A stretch of 64,000 nucleotides of DNA from Carcharhinus longimanus (lineage: Eukaryota): assembly GCA_030264375.1 (NCBI GenBank), contig JASCQW010000001.1, positions 126,266,909 to 126,330,908 on the forward strand. Direction: 5' to 3'. A program made the translations under genes and the position numbers. The notes under the pieces were generated by a model. It saw nothing but the letters and a program-made list of their open reading frames with translations, searched no databases and had not been told where the DNA came from. This document shows, piece by piece, positions 24,509 through 37,114 of the stretch (its first letter is position 1; each line of letters starts with the position of its first letter).

Positions 24509-26129
24509 CAGGAGATCGAAGATGCCAGCATCATTTCTTCCTAAAATCCTGAATCTGAACATCCCTTTTCCTATGTAGAATTACAGTTAAGTATAATCTG
24601 AAGAAGATTGGGATAGGATTTCTCAGATGGTAGAGTTCCCTGCCCCACTAAAGTTGACGGGATAAACTTCCCCACAGATTTGGTGGGGGGGTAAGGAAGA
24701 GGAGAGGGTGGGTGTTGGTGGTGGGAGTGGGTGTGGTGCTGGTGGTGTCCCCTGATTAGGAAAAGGGATTACTTGTGGAAGTGCAAATTGCACTTCCATT
24801 CCTGCCTGAGCAGGCTTACCTGTCAGGCTTCCTTCCTCCTCCATTGCTGAGCCTCTGTCAGCCTCAAAATTGCATCTGGGTGGGAACTGGACCTAATGTG
24901 GCCAATAATCAGTCACCCCTGCCTGCTCTGGGGTGGGCAGGTGGGTGGTGGCAAAGGCATCTTGTAAATTCCTCAGGCCCTCACAATTATAAATTCACTG
25001 ATGGACCTGGAGAAGCTGCCTTTGAAGTAATATCTTGGGAGTGGGGCAGAAATGTTGGAGTCTGGAATTTATGCTGCACATTCTTCAGGATGGAGCAATG
25101 GGGCACATCCGGTGGAGAGGAGAGATGTGGATTGTTCGTGCACATTGTTAATGATTCTTCATGTTTCTTTAATATAAAATATTATCCTGTAATCTAAATG
25201 TAATCTGCCATGACAAATCTGTGCTGTTGTATGGGCCATTTTTACACCCCTCATCAGCAGTGACTATATATGTGCGAGTAAAATGAGATTCTTTATGAGA
25301 ATGGGAGAAGTGTAGAGAAAGATACTGCAGTCCAAATCTCAAACATCGCAACTCCAGTTTTCAGATTAAACTTTAGAACCATGAAAGATCTTCATCCAAG
25401 AATATTTTAATTTCAATTCTTGGCTATCATCAGCCACTTAGTCAGAGGTCTAAATTGTTTCTGACAAAATTAACTGCTGCAGGAGCTCTCACGCCAATGT
25501 TGTGACTGCTGCTTATTTAACTGCATAACCATCAGATGTTATTTGAAACTGACACGTCTCCTGTGGAGTTGCTCGCAGGTTTCTATCGATTAGGATCCCA
25601 TTTCAATCTTTGGTTGATTGGGCAACCAACATGCCCGCTACATTTATCATGCATGAAGCTAGGACAGAGATTTCAGTAGGTCGAAAGGAGTTCTGATTGT
25701 TGTTTTATGGTCGTCTTGATTTTAAAAGTGACCACATGGTGGAAACTATTATGGGTAAATTAAAATAATGGAAATTCCTTGTTCACTTATTCTTCTTTCT
25801 TCCCAATCTGTCCCCTGTTTTGTTTTCAGCAGTTACATACTTATGTTGTTCCAATATGATTTAGGACTCATGTAGATTACTGTTCAGACTGGCACATCAC
25901 TTCAGTGCAGCACAGTCTGTGTAGTGTGCAGCACATGGAAGGATCGGAGAAATATTTCTGATGTTGTTCCTGAATTTTGATAGCTTGATCATTTTGAACT
26001 TCTGGGAACTAAAAGACAGAACAGGTAGCTGTGAGTAAAACTGTGACCTTATTGGAGGGTTCCCTGCTATCCCATAGTTGCCCTTCTCCCCTCTATGCCA
26101 TTCAGCATTATTGTCAGGGTGCCCTTGGT

Positions 26130-26630
26130 GAAGCATGAAGAAGGCTTATAGTGTATTAGTGTTTATTATCAGGGGGTTTGAGTTTAAGAGCCGTGGGTTA
26201 TGCTGCAACTATACCGGACATTGGTGAGACCACATTTGGAATATTGTGTTCAGTTCTGGTCACCTCACTATNNNNNNNNNNNNNNNNNNNNNNNNNNNNN
26301 NNNNNNNNNNNNNNNNNNNNNNNNNNNNNNNNNNNNNNNNNNNNNNNNNNNNNNNNNNNNNNNNNNNNNNNNNNNNNNNNNNNNNNNNNNNNNNNNNNNN
26401 NNNNNNNNNNNNNNNNNNNNNNNNNNNNNNNNNNNNNNNNNNNNNNNNNNNNNNNNNNNNNNNNNNNNNNNNNNNNNNNNNNNNNNNNNNNNNNNNNNNN
26501 NNNNNNNNNNNNNNNNNNNNNNNNNNNNNNNNNNNNNNNNNNNNNNNNNNNNNNNNNNNNAATGGCGGGGCAGGCTCGAAGGGCCAGATGGCCTACTCCT
26601 GCTCCTATTTCTTATGTTCTTATGTTCTTA
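26130..26630 (+). mobile_element. Young CR1 LINE 3' end spanning a gap
   Basis: MLQLYRTLVRPHLEYCVQFWSPHY and a cctactcctgctcctatt(tcttatgt)n tail. Confidence 0.9.
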
Positions 26631-27113
26631 TATCATTCAGTTTGGGTTCCACCAGGGCCACTCAACTCCAAACCTCATTGTAGGTTCAAGCATGGACAAT
26701 CGGGCTAAATTCAACAGGTAATCTGAGAGGCATAGCCCTGTATTAGTACTGCAGCAGCATAATTGCTCCTAATTCTAGAGTATTTGCTTTAGTCTGGACT
26801 AATGCTGTTCTGTCGTTTTTAGTGATTTCCCCTGGGGTTTTACAGAGTGGGGCTTGATTAGATTGATTGAGATGGCCCACCTCACTCTCAGCACAGGCCC
26901 ACTCCTGCTCCTCCTGTGTGAGCCCCAGGATTGTCTCCTCATTCAAAGTCAGAATCCTTGGTTCAGCCATTCCACTGCCTGCCTTCTCTCACTCTCCGAT
27001 TGTGGGCTACCTTCTCCTGCAGGGACGCTAAAAGAGATAATGTGAACTGGAGACATGGCAGGTCGGAGGTTGATGGCAACTAGCATGTTTGGGTACTGTG
27101 TCTAAACAGGAAA

Positions 27114-27378
27114 GGGGAGCATGGTGGCACAATGATTGGCATTGCTGCCTCGCTGGTCCAAGGACCTGAGTTTGATTTTGGCCTTGGGTGACCTTATGGA
27201 GTTTGCATGTTCTCCCTGTGTCTGTGTGGGTTTCTTCTGGGTGCTCTGGTTTCCTCCCACAGTCCAAAGATGTGCAGGTTAGATGGATTAGCCATGGTAA
27301 ATGTGCAGGGTCATGGGAATAAGGTGGGACTCGGTAAGATGCTCTTTTGGAGAGTTGATGCAACCTTGAATGGCGAAA
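27114..27378 (+). mobile_element. HE1-like V-SINE
   Basis: A-box-like tggcacaatga, V core ggagtttgcatgttctccctgtgtctg, CR1-type tail. Confidence 0.85.
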
Positions 27379-27379
27379 T

Positions 27380-28830
27380 GTGACACATCACTGGGGTTGT
27401 GATGGTGTGTTTTGATCGTCTCCAATCTCTCATGATCAAGGTCAATTGGACGGGCTATGTCCACCTTGAGGGCTGTTGGATCCTCAATGGCAGACACTGG
27501 GGTCTGCCAACTTATGCAGATGCAGTCCCTCTCGATCCTGTGCACCTAAGTATTTATCCTTGAACCATGTTATCACCGCTATTCTCAACTTTGAGAAACT
27601 GGGCAGCTGATTTTTTTTTTTAAAATTGCTTAAGGGTGAACTGATGAGAGCACAGTTAATTTCTGCATGAGGGATAAGCAAGACTAATAGGCACTGTTCT
27701 TACTCAGGCTGCATCATCCTGAGATCTCATTGCTATCAGGCCTTTACACTTTACACTCCTGGATTCCACATTTTTTAAAATAATTGCCCTTCACCACACC
27801 CTTTTGTACAGAGTTGTGTATGCAGGCCATGGCACTTACTCTCCAAACTAGGTTGTCTCAACAGTGTTTTGTGCCTGTGGTGAGATGTCCAATACCTTTA
27901 AAGTAACCAGTGGCAAAAAGCACAAAAGTGTCATGGCTCCCTAACTCTTCAATCTATTTATTGCTGCAATGCTTTAGGAAGTTACCAGAGATATGCCTGC
28001 AGACAACAACCTTGGTTCTAATCAAGGAAGCCTTTCAATCTCTCCAGACTACATGCCTCCACCAAAATTACAGAGGAATATTCAGAGAGCTCCTGTGTTT
28101 ATATTACTGTGCCCTTGCTGTACACATAAGGAAGACATCCAGACTATGACAAACAACTTTTCCAGTTCCAAAAACGTTGGTCTCCAAATATGTTTCAAGA
28201 CTGAGGTTTTGTTTCAGCCAGTGTCAATACATGCTATCAAACACTAAACATAACCTTTGATTGCATTTGTCCCAGGTTGTGGAAAAATTCTCATACTTCA
28301 GCAGTGCACATCTTGGGAGTGCCATTATTGATGAAGGTATCAATGTACCCATTCAGAAAACAAGTTCTGCCCATGGCCAACTTCAGTGTGTTCCTGGAAC
28401 AGCGTAACAAGCTGAAGGCTAAAATCAAACTGTGCTGGGCCCACGTCCTCTCCACCTCTCTGGTTCAAAATTCTGGGTCTGCTATCGGTGGTACATTAAA
28501 ACTCTGGAATGCTTCCACCAAGGACACCTGGTGCTCAACATGAGAATTTGATGACAGAATTAAATTCACAAACAACAAGGTCCTTCATCATGCTGACCTT
28601 AACAGGATGGAGATCACTGCACAAAATTAAGCTCAAACAAGCAGGCTATATCTCCAGTATGGAGATATNNNNNNNNNNNAAACACGATCAGGGTAGTCAG
28701 ATATAAATGATACCCTAATAAAGAGCCTTGCAGACTTCTGCATTGCAGACCCCCTTTCTGGAGAAAGCTGCAGCCAAACAGGCCACGTGGAACCCAGCAC
28801 TGAAATTTGGTTCAGTGTGCTTTAGGAGCC
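27380..28830 (+). mobile_element. RTE-clade LINE relic (RT to C-terminus)
   Basis: FRELLCLYYCALA (degenerate ELLYADDCALA), EDIQTMTNNFSS...GLQICFKTEVLFQP and EKAAAKQATW near 28760. Confidence 0.7.
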
Positions 28831-28850
28831 AGCCATGCCAAACTCTTTAA

Positions 28851-29186
28851 GGGAGTGGTGATGTGATACCTTTGTTACTGGACTAGTAATCCAGAGACCC
28901 GAGTTTGAATCCCACCATCACAGATGGTAAAATTTGATCTTCATGATGCCCGAGAAGCCATTGTCAATTATTATTGAAACCTTCCTGGTTCACTATCGTT
29001 CTTTAGGGAAAGAAATCTGCCATCCTTACCTGGTCTAGCCTACATGTGACTCCTGACCCACAGTAGCGTAGTTGACTCTTAACTGCCTCTTGGAATGCCC
29101 TAGAAAGCCATTCAGTTCAAGGGTAATTAAGGATGGGTGATAAGTGCTGGCTTGGCCACATCCACACCCCGTAAGTGATTTTTTTG
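28851..29186 (+). mobile_element. SINE made of a tRNA-Thr-like head and leader plus a LINE 3' tail
   Basis: The first about 265 nt match the reverse complement of 16213-15910; the last about 65 nt match the reverse complement of 18950-18885. Confidence 0.75.
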
Positions 29187-29477
29187 AAACTTGCCACATG
29201 CCCAGACAAAAGCCAGAAGTGTGTAAGTGCAGAAGATCTCTCAAATAGCAGCAAAGGCATGAGCTATTTTGTGAAAGTCAGTGTCAATCTTGCATTGTCA
29301 TGAGGACCCACAGAAGATCATGAAGTCACACAGCTTGGACATATTCAAACACCATGTAACCATTAAAGCCATAATGGTACGTGGACATTCAGCAAATGGA
29401 AAATAATCTTAAATTTGGGGGACATTGAAGAAGAATTCTATTCAGTCAGGGATAAGCAAGTGCTTGACTGGGGAGGC

Positions 29478-29790
29478 ATAAGAACATAAGAAATAGGAGC
29501 AGGAGTAGGCCATCTAGCCCTTCGAGCCTGCCCCGCCATTCAATAAGATNNNNNNNNNNNNNNNNNNNNNNNNNNNNNNNNNNNNNNNNNNNNNNNNNNN
29601 NNNNNNNNNNNNNNNNNNNNNNNNNNNNNNNNNNNNNNNNNNNNNNNNNCGGCAGCATTCCAAGAACTCCTCCTCGAGCCCACCGCGTCCAACATGGGTC
29701 GACCAATCAATATGCAGATTGAAATCGCCCATAATTACGGCCGTCCCATTCCTGCACGCCGCACTTATTTGCGCGTTAACAGCCCCTCAT
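29478..29790 (-). mobile_element. Young CR1 element collapsed around a gap
   Basis: Tail is identical to 60540-60610. Endonuclease motif MGDFNLHIDW lies to the right of the gap and is CpG-rich. Confidence 0.85.
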
Positions 29791-30404
29791 AGAGTGCAAA
29801 TAAAATGATGCCATAGCAAAAGACCATTGCATAAAGCCTTCCTGCTGTAGTACACTGAGGTTTCGGAAACTGTAAGACCCCTCAGTTGTATGTTTGACAT
29901 GAAATTAATATTGTAAATATAAGCTATGGTTGTAATGAGGCATATTGGACTGCCACATACTGTATTGAAAAAAAATTGTTCAATTTTATGTAAAATCAAC
30001 TTTGAGCTGTAACGCAATGTATTATGTATATTTTATGAAATAATGAATAAAATGGCTTCAAGAGTGGCAATTTATGTTGGAATGGAAGATTTGGGGAGCA
30101 AAACAGTGATGGAGCACTAGAGAATGATAACATGAGCTGAGGAAGTTTTTGAGGTAAAGAGGAATGTGACGGTGGAGAGATTTGAAATTGAGAACGAAAA
30201 TTGGCATGAGAGGCCAATGAAACTTGATAAGGATGGGAATGATGGAAATAGACTTTAGTGTAAGTGAGAATACCTGTTACAACATCTGGATGTCTAGGAA
30301 TGGTAGAAGCAGTAGATCAGTAAGGTGAATACTGGGAAATTCAGCTGCTAAGTGGTAGAGCCATGAAGTTGAAAATTACCCTCATGGTTTCACATTGATT
30401 GACA

Positions 30405-30592
30405 AGGGCAACAATCAACAATGGTTTCATGGCCACCATTATTGAGACTAGCTTTTCAATTCCAGATTATTAATTGAATTTAAATTCCACCAACTGCAGT
30501 GGTGGAATTTGAACCCATGTCTCCAGAGCATTAACCTAGTCCTTTGGATTACAAGTCCAATGACTACATAGGTTACTATGCCACCGTCTCTC
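30405..30592 (-). mobile_element. Older copy of the tRNA-Thr-like head and leader
   Basis: Reverse complement: ggtggcatagtaacc...ttggacttgtaatccaa...gggttcaaattcc...ccatgaaaccattgttgattgttg. Confidence 0.7.
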
Positions 30593-31399
30593 TTTTCTGT
30601 AAAAATAATCATTTTTGCCATCGTTTATTTCAGTAAAGGCACAGGTTGTGACCCCCTTCCTCCATTTGAAGATGGCATATATTTAATCTAAAACAGCATT
30701 GCCCTAGTTCTCATGCATACTGTTGCATAGAATCCTCAAGCACAATACCCAAAAGTTAAAAGCCAATGCCACCATAGTCCCAGATTACCTTAGGTTGCTC
30801 TCCCCTTGAAGGTTGGGGGAGAGTTGACTAGTGATGATTTGACTTGAGAATCACCACACCTCAAGAAAGCAGCAAGATTGAGAAGGCTGCACCCTGATGA
30901 TTAATCTCAACACCATGTACAAAGAGGAAATTAAAGGGAATGGATTTTATTGGATGGTTGCTGCATATCTATACCTGTATTAATGTCTCTGCTTCTTCTT
31001 GGTGTTGCTCTAAGGTATATGTTGTCTTATTTGTTAAATGATAATAGTGGAAGGACCAACAGTTGGTGCTGAGAGCTCTGACCCTTTTTAGATGGTGATA
31101 GGTCTCCTGGATGCATGTGTCCCTGCAATAGGTGGAGGCATAGACTACCGATGTATGCCAACTTTCTGATAGCTCCTCAATTTGTTGATGTAAATGGCCC
31201 AAATGATTTGTAAGTGGTCCCCTTCAAAGAACAGTGCTTTGGGAGCCCTTTCCTACTGTCCCCTTGATGATAAACCTCTTTTGGTGTCCCCACAATGTTC
31301 ATGAGTGCTGTAGGTTGTCTCTGATCTGGGTGAAGCCTGGTGTCAGCACTTTATCCAAACTATGACAAAGCATATCAAAGTTGGCAGTGACAATGACGG

Positions 31400-31534
31400 T
31401 AATATGTTCAAATCGCCTCAGAGGCAATTATCATGGTGAGTGTAAGAGAACTCTATACACTCAGAGGGTGGTGAGTGAATGGAATCAGCTGCCGTCAGTG
31501 GTGGTGGAGGCGAACTCGCTGGGGTCTTTTAAAA
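31400..31534 (+). mobile_element. CR1 3' fragment next to a gap
   Basis: TQRVVSEWNQLPSVVVEANSLGSFK. Confidence 0.8.
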
Positions 31535-33652
31535 NNNNNNNNNNNNNNNNNNNNNNNNNNNNNNNNNNNNNNNNNNNNNNNNNNNNAAATAACCTTCTGT
31601 AAAATTCTGTAAACCTTCAGTGTTCCCACATGAACTTCTTTCTGAAGGCAGATTCTGTAGAACATCAGTTTTTGTAGTTTCAGATCCCTCTCATTAATAA
31701 ACATGCTATGTTACTGTTATCACCTTTAGTGTGAGTGATTTGTGAAAAGCTTGTGCTGCATGCAGCTTCTGTAGAAATAAGGGTGACGTGGGGGATGATT
31801 TTCACTGAATACTTGAAGTGCTAAAGAGTCTCTGGGGTGACCAACTTGGTGTCTTCAGCTACGACATCAGTTTAGCCCATGTTTAGCAGAAGATGTAATC
31901 TTGGTAAAAGCCTGCATTAGGAACAGGCACCTGAAGACTCTGTAAACATTTACAATATTTTCTGTGCTCATTAAAGCGGGTGCTCAGTATTTAGTACAGT
32001 GAAGATTTGTCTTAGCGCCCCCTCCTAGCAGTGACTAGCAAATTCGGCATTGGAGCTGATTTCAAGTGCTACTTAAAGAGGTACTCGTCAGTTCATGTTC
32101 TTTGTTACTGGAGCTGTAAAGAAGACTCCAGAACACATTGAGAGACTTTTTAGAGCACTTTGTCAAAATTTTACCAACACTTGACCAACATTTTTGCCAA
32201 AAATCTCTAAGGACTGTACTTAAAAGGATGAATACTCCATTGCTCCACTGTGTTGGACACCTTATAGGAGTCAGCAGGAGAATAGGAGCACTTAAGATTA
32301 TTGNNNNNNNNNNNNNNNNNNNNNNNNNNNNNNNNNNNNNNNNNNNNNNNNNNNNNNNNNNNNNNNNNNNNNNNNNNNNNNNNNNNNNNNNNNNNNNNNN
32401 NNNACATTTTGCTGTGTTCCCCTTTACTCTGAATGAAGAATGGGACAAGGACATGGGACAGAACATCAATTACTACAGGAAAGAGGTAACAAGAGAGCAA
32501 CATACTCTGCGTATGGGATATTCTTCCACTTTGAGGATCTATATGAGGACCTCCAGTGCTGAATCTAAGAACCTGCGCACACTCTCCTTCAGTCCCTGAA
32601 CCATTCTGCAATGTGCTAGACACATCTTTCGTAAAATTAGCAAAAAAGGAGCGTTAATATATTGCTACAAAAATTGTTGAATTAGCACTTGAGTGCTAGA
32701 CCTGTGGGTTTCTTATTTAGGCCTAACAGCAAGCTTAAGTTGCAGTAGCAATTAGCTAAAATGTGTGCTAAAATATAAAGAGATTAGTATGATGAGCACT
32801 CCACTCATTTAGCATCTGCTTTCACCCATAGGCCAAAATAACCCCCCATGGTATGTAGCTATCCAAGGAAAATGCAGTGTGACATCTTTGCAGTAAATTG
32901 TCAGTTACATTAAGGTCATATTTTGTATAATAGAACCAAGTGCACTTGTATATTAAAGTACATAAAGTGCATACGCTTACTTTTGCATTTCTTCTGTTGA
33001 AACAGATCTTCTCTTTCATTTTCTTGGTCCCTTGTGGGCAAATTTTCTAGTTTTAGAAGGGACTGTCATTTTGTTCCGATTTGCTTTGGTGTACTGCTAA
33101 TGTCAAGACCTCTCAGAGCTATCCAATGCAAATTTGGGCTATTGTTTTCCCATTCCAACTCCTGCAGGGAACAATGCTGTGAACTTCCCTTTAAGAGTCA
33201 GCAGCAGTCCTTTAAGAGCTTCAGATTGGCTCAGTCTTCTTTGTCGACAGCTTACCAACCTGGAGGCTGTACTCCACACGTTTCCTATGTGCAGAAAACA
33301 CGTTTAAAAAAGGGAAGGGATAAAAGTTGAAAATCTCTCGAAGCCAGTGTGGGCGTGCAGATATGATTTTTAATGACTCAGTCAACTGAACTTGTGCTCA
33401 TCCTTTTCAACTGGAGCAAAGGCTGAAGAGTGTAGAGCTGGCTTTTTCAGTGCATATTCCGGAAAAACTTGTAATATATGAAACAGATTAGCATATCAAA
33501 ATCTACCAAACACATTCTGTGTCACAAAATAAAGCATAGAGCAGATATTAATCTCACATTTATCTGAATCATTACTGATATAAAGATATGCTGATAATCC
33601 TATTTTCAGGTATTTCAAATAAAATTCTGTTAATATGTTGCATTTCTTATAG

Positions 33653-33748
33653 AGTACTGGAGCCTCACGGGGAGATTTAGGTGTTCAGTTATTGGAAAGA
33701 ACAAACGAAGGGGAAGTTAATCAAGAAAGGGATGAGGTTGATCAACGC
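33653..33748 (+). CDS. Candidate exon C: STGASRGDLGVQLLERTNEGEVNQERDEVDQR
   Basis: Acceptor catttcttatag, donor CGC|gtgagt. 96 nt, only frame 0 is open, phase 0-0. Confidence 0.6.
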
Positions 33749-33877
33749 GTGAGTATTTGACAAATAGCAGCAAATAGATTTTAAATTGTGAGCACTTTTG
33801 CAAAGTTCAAAGTGTTGATCCTTCCTTTTCCTCATTATTGAACCAATGTGCTCATGACTACATGAATACTAATACTA

Positions 33878-33991
33878 TCCACCAAAAAATCTGCACAGAT
33901 ACAAATAGCCTGTGAAGGGAAGGATCATCTCTCTCCAAGGTAGAAAGATATCTGTGAAAAATAGCCATATCTCTGCGAAGGGGAGGAATCT
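33878..33991 (+). repeat. Left arm of an about 114-bp inverted duplication (partner 35730-35843)
   Basis: tccaccaaaaaatctgcacagatacaaatagcctgtgaagggaagg is the reverse complement of 35843-35730 with scattered mismatches. Confidence 0.85.
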
Positions 33992-34123
33992 TTGCGACAG
34001 AAGGAAATCTCTGTGAAAGGAACCTAGTGTCAGTGAAGGATTATTCTGGTTGAAGGAAATGAATGTTTGTGATGGGAATGAGCACCATTACTAAGACAAC
34101 TTGTTTTGAACCCAGTAACACTG

Positions 34124-34466
34124 CCTAACGCTTCTGACATTTCTGCTCTTTGGCAAGATTGTGGACCTTGTCCATTTCCTTTATCTCACTTCAGCTTTCA
34201 GGCTTTTCCTCCCAGATCTGTAGTAGGATTCCCTTTCCCTTACCTTCCATCACTAAAAAAATTAGGAAGGAGCAAATATGAGGGTAACCAGTGAGAAACA
34301 AAGCATCAGACAATAAGAGCTTTTTATAAGTATATTAAAAGGAAGAGAAAGGTCAAAGAAAACATTGGCCTATTTGAGAATTAAACTGGGGAAGTACGTA
34401 TGGGGAATAGGAAAAGGCAGCGGAGTTAAATTGATACTTTGCATCAGTGTTCACTATACAGGATAC
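34124..34466 (+). repeat. Copy 1 of a triplicated unit made of unique sequence fused to CR1 (others 36067-36450, 37115-37445)
   Basis: ctttggcaagaYtgtggaccttgtccatttcc...cactaaaaaaattRggaaggagcaa...caggatac appears three times. Confidence 0.9.
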
Positions 34467-34489
34467 CTGTTGTTGGGAGACACAGCTTC

Positions 34490-34550
34490 CCATGTCACGG
34501 ATGCACCTGCCCATGTCACGGATGTACCTGTCCATGTCACTGATGCAGCT
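34490..34550 (+). repeat. 21-bp tandem repeat, about 3 units
   Basis: ccatgtcacggatgcacctgc / ccatgtcacggatgtacctgt / ccatgtcactgatgcagct. Confidence 0.9.
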
Positions 34551-34563
34551 ACAACATTTTTTT

Positions 34564-35682
34564 GGGCGGCACGGTAGCACAGTGGTTAGCACTGCTGCTT
34601 CATAGCTCCAGGGACCTGGGTTTGATTCCCGGCTCGGGTCACTGTCTNNNNNNNNNNNNNNNNNNNNNNNNNNNNNNNNNNNNNNNNNNNNNNNNNNNNN
34701 NNNNNNNNNNNNNNNNNNNNNNNNNNNNNNNNNNNNNNNNNNNNNNNNNNNNNNNNNNNNNNNNNNNNNNNNNNNNNNNNNNNNNNNNNNNNNNNNNNNN
34801 NNNNNNNNNNNNNNNNNNNNNNNNNNNNNNNNNNNNNNNNNNNNNNNNNNNNNNNNNNNNNNNNNNNNNNNNNNNNNNNNNNNNNNNNNNNNNNNNNNNN
34901 NNNNNNNNNNNNNNNNNNNNNNNNNNNNNNNNNNNNNNNNNNNNNNNNNNNNNNNNNNNNNNNNNNNNNNNNNNNNNNNNNNNNNNNNNNNNNNNNNNNN
35001 NNNNNNNNNNNNNNNNNNNNNNNNNNNNNNNNNNNNNNNNNNNNNNNNNNNNNNNNNNNNNNNNNNNNNNNNNNNNNNNNNNNNNNNNNNNNNNNNNNNN
35101 NNNNNNNNNNNNNNNNNNNNNNNNNNNNNNNNNNNNNNNNNNNNNNNNNNNNNNNNNNNNNNNNNNNNNNNNNNNNNNNNNNNNNNNNNNNNNNNNNNNN
35201 NNNNNNNNNNNNNNNNNNNNNNNNNNNNNNNNNNNNNNNNNNNNNNNNNNNNNNNNNNNNNNNNNNNNNNNNNNNNNNNNNNNNNNNNNNNNNNNNNNNN
35301 NNNNNNNNNNNNNNNNNNNNNNNNNNNNNNNNNNNNNNNNNNNNNNNNNNNNNNNNNNNNNNNNNNNNNNNNNNNNNNNNNNNNNNNNTGATTCCCGGCT
35401 CGGGTCACTGTCTGTGTGGAGTTTGCCCATTCTCCTCGTGTCTGCGTGGGTTTTGTCTGGGTGCTCCGGTTTCCTCCCACAGTCCAAAGATGTGCGGGTT
35501 AGGTTGATTGGCCATGCTAACAAATTGCCTCTTAATGTTCTGGGGTGCATAGGTTAGAGGGATTAGTGGGTAAATGTGTAGGGATATGAGTGTAGGGCCT
35601 GGGTGGGATTGTGGTCAGTACAGACTCGATGGGCTCAAGGGCCTCTTTCTGCACTGTAGGGTTCTATTCTATGATGATTCTA
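34564..35682 (+). mobile_element. Young HE1-like V-SINE split by a 741-N gap
   Basis: Head gggcggcacggtagcacagtggttagc. The 25-mer tgattcccggctcgggtcactgtct occurs on both sides of the gap. Confidence 0.9.
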
Positions 35683-36066
35683 CAATGTCTTACATTTTTT
35701 GTAAGAGTTTCTACATAATAAAACATCTCAGACTCCTCCTCTTCGCAGAGATGCGGCTATTTTTCACAGATATGTTTCAACCTTTCACACAGATGATCCT
35801 TCCCCTCACAGGCCATTTGTATCTGTGCAAATTTTTTGGTGGAACAATCCAAGATTAATCCCACTGCTCTCCCCATGGTCCTGTTTCTTCATCTGCTTTA
35901 AATATTTATCCATTTTTCCCTCAGATAATGTGATGGTTGCTATCTGAACAGATGGCAAGGCATTCCATGCTCCAACAACTCTCTCTATACAAGGGGATTT
36001 TTCTACACCTTCTCCTCACACTCTCAGTGGCAGTTTTAAATTGATGATCTCTGTTGTCAGTGAATC

Positions 36067-36450
36067 CCTAACGCTTCTGATATTTCTTCTTCTTTGGCAA
36101 GACTGTGGACCTTGTCCATTTCCTTTACCTCACTTCAGCTCTCAATCTTTTCCTCCCAGATCTATAATAGGATTCCCTTTCCCTCACCTTCCACCACTAA
36201 AAAAATTAGGAAGGAGCAACTATGAGGCAAACTAGTGAAAAACAAAGCATCAGACAATAAGTTTTTTTATAAGTATATTAAAAGAAAGAGAGAGGTAAAA
36301 GAAAACATTGGCCCATTTGAGAATTAAACTGGGGAAGTACGTATGGGGAACAGAAAATGGCAGTGGAGTTAAATTGATACTTTGCATCAGTGTTCACTAT
36401 ACAGGATACTACAAGCATCCCAGAAATAGTAAAAAACATATGGGGAAGAA
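36067..36450 (+). repeat. Copy 2 of the triplicated unit
   Basis: Collinear with 34124-34466 and shares extra 3' sequence with copy 3. Confidence 0.9.
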
Positions 36451-37114
36451 ATAGTGTAATTTTAACCCCGGGAAACTGATGGGTTTTTCAGTGTGGGGGA
36501 GATGCCTCTCCGCTGAGGAGCTGGAGGTGCTTCTCTTGGCAGTCTGGATCGGTGTGTTTTGCAACATGCATAAATTTAAATGATTAGAAGTTGGAGAATC
36601 TCACCTGAGAGGCACTGCTAATGTCAGTGGGAAAGATCATGGTTTTCCCGCTGGTGGCAGCATTTAGAATGCAGATGAGAGAATCATGCCTAGGTTTTTA
36701 AGCATTCTGGGTAGGGAACTGGGTGAGGAGATAAAGTAAAAGAGAAGGTGTGTGATAAAGTGGATGGCAGGAGAGGTTAAATAGCAGAAGAGATGACGAG
36801 GCAAAGGGAAAAGCGATGGTAATGGGACAAGTCAAGAAACAAAAGATGAGTTCAGAGGAGTTTTAAATGAGAATCGTAATAGCAACAAAAGGAGCTAATG
36901 CTGATTGATGTCAATTTCCCCTCCCTGTCGCCTTGACATGGTCCATATTGATTCTTCCGTTCTTCACCTTCTTTATCTTCGTTCCTGGGAACATTGAGCA
37001 ATGTCCATTGACTCCCGCAGGTGACAACACATCTCCCTTCCTGCTTCCTGTAAGGACTCTACTCTATTCTCACTGTTTTTCATCTCCGTTGGATCTATTC
37101 TCCCACCATCCATG

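Noticed and set aside
28851-28920. tRNA-Thr gene
   Set aside because: No acceptor stem, a degenerate D arm and continuity with a repeat body; it is a SINE head.
34490-34550. CRISPR-like short repeats
   Set aside because: Head-to-tail units with no spacers in vertebrate DNA; a minisatellite.
34622-35413. Apparent tandem SINE duplication around the 741-N gap
   Set aside because: The same 25-mer on both sides most likely reflects an unmerged contig overlap within one SINE.
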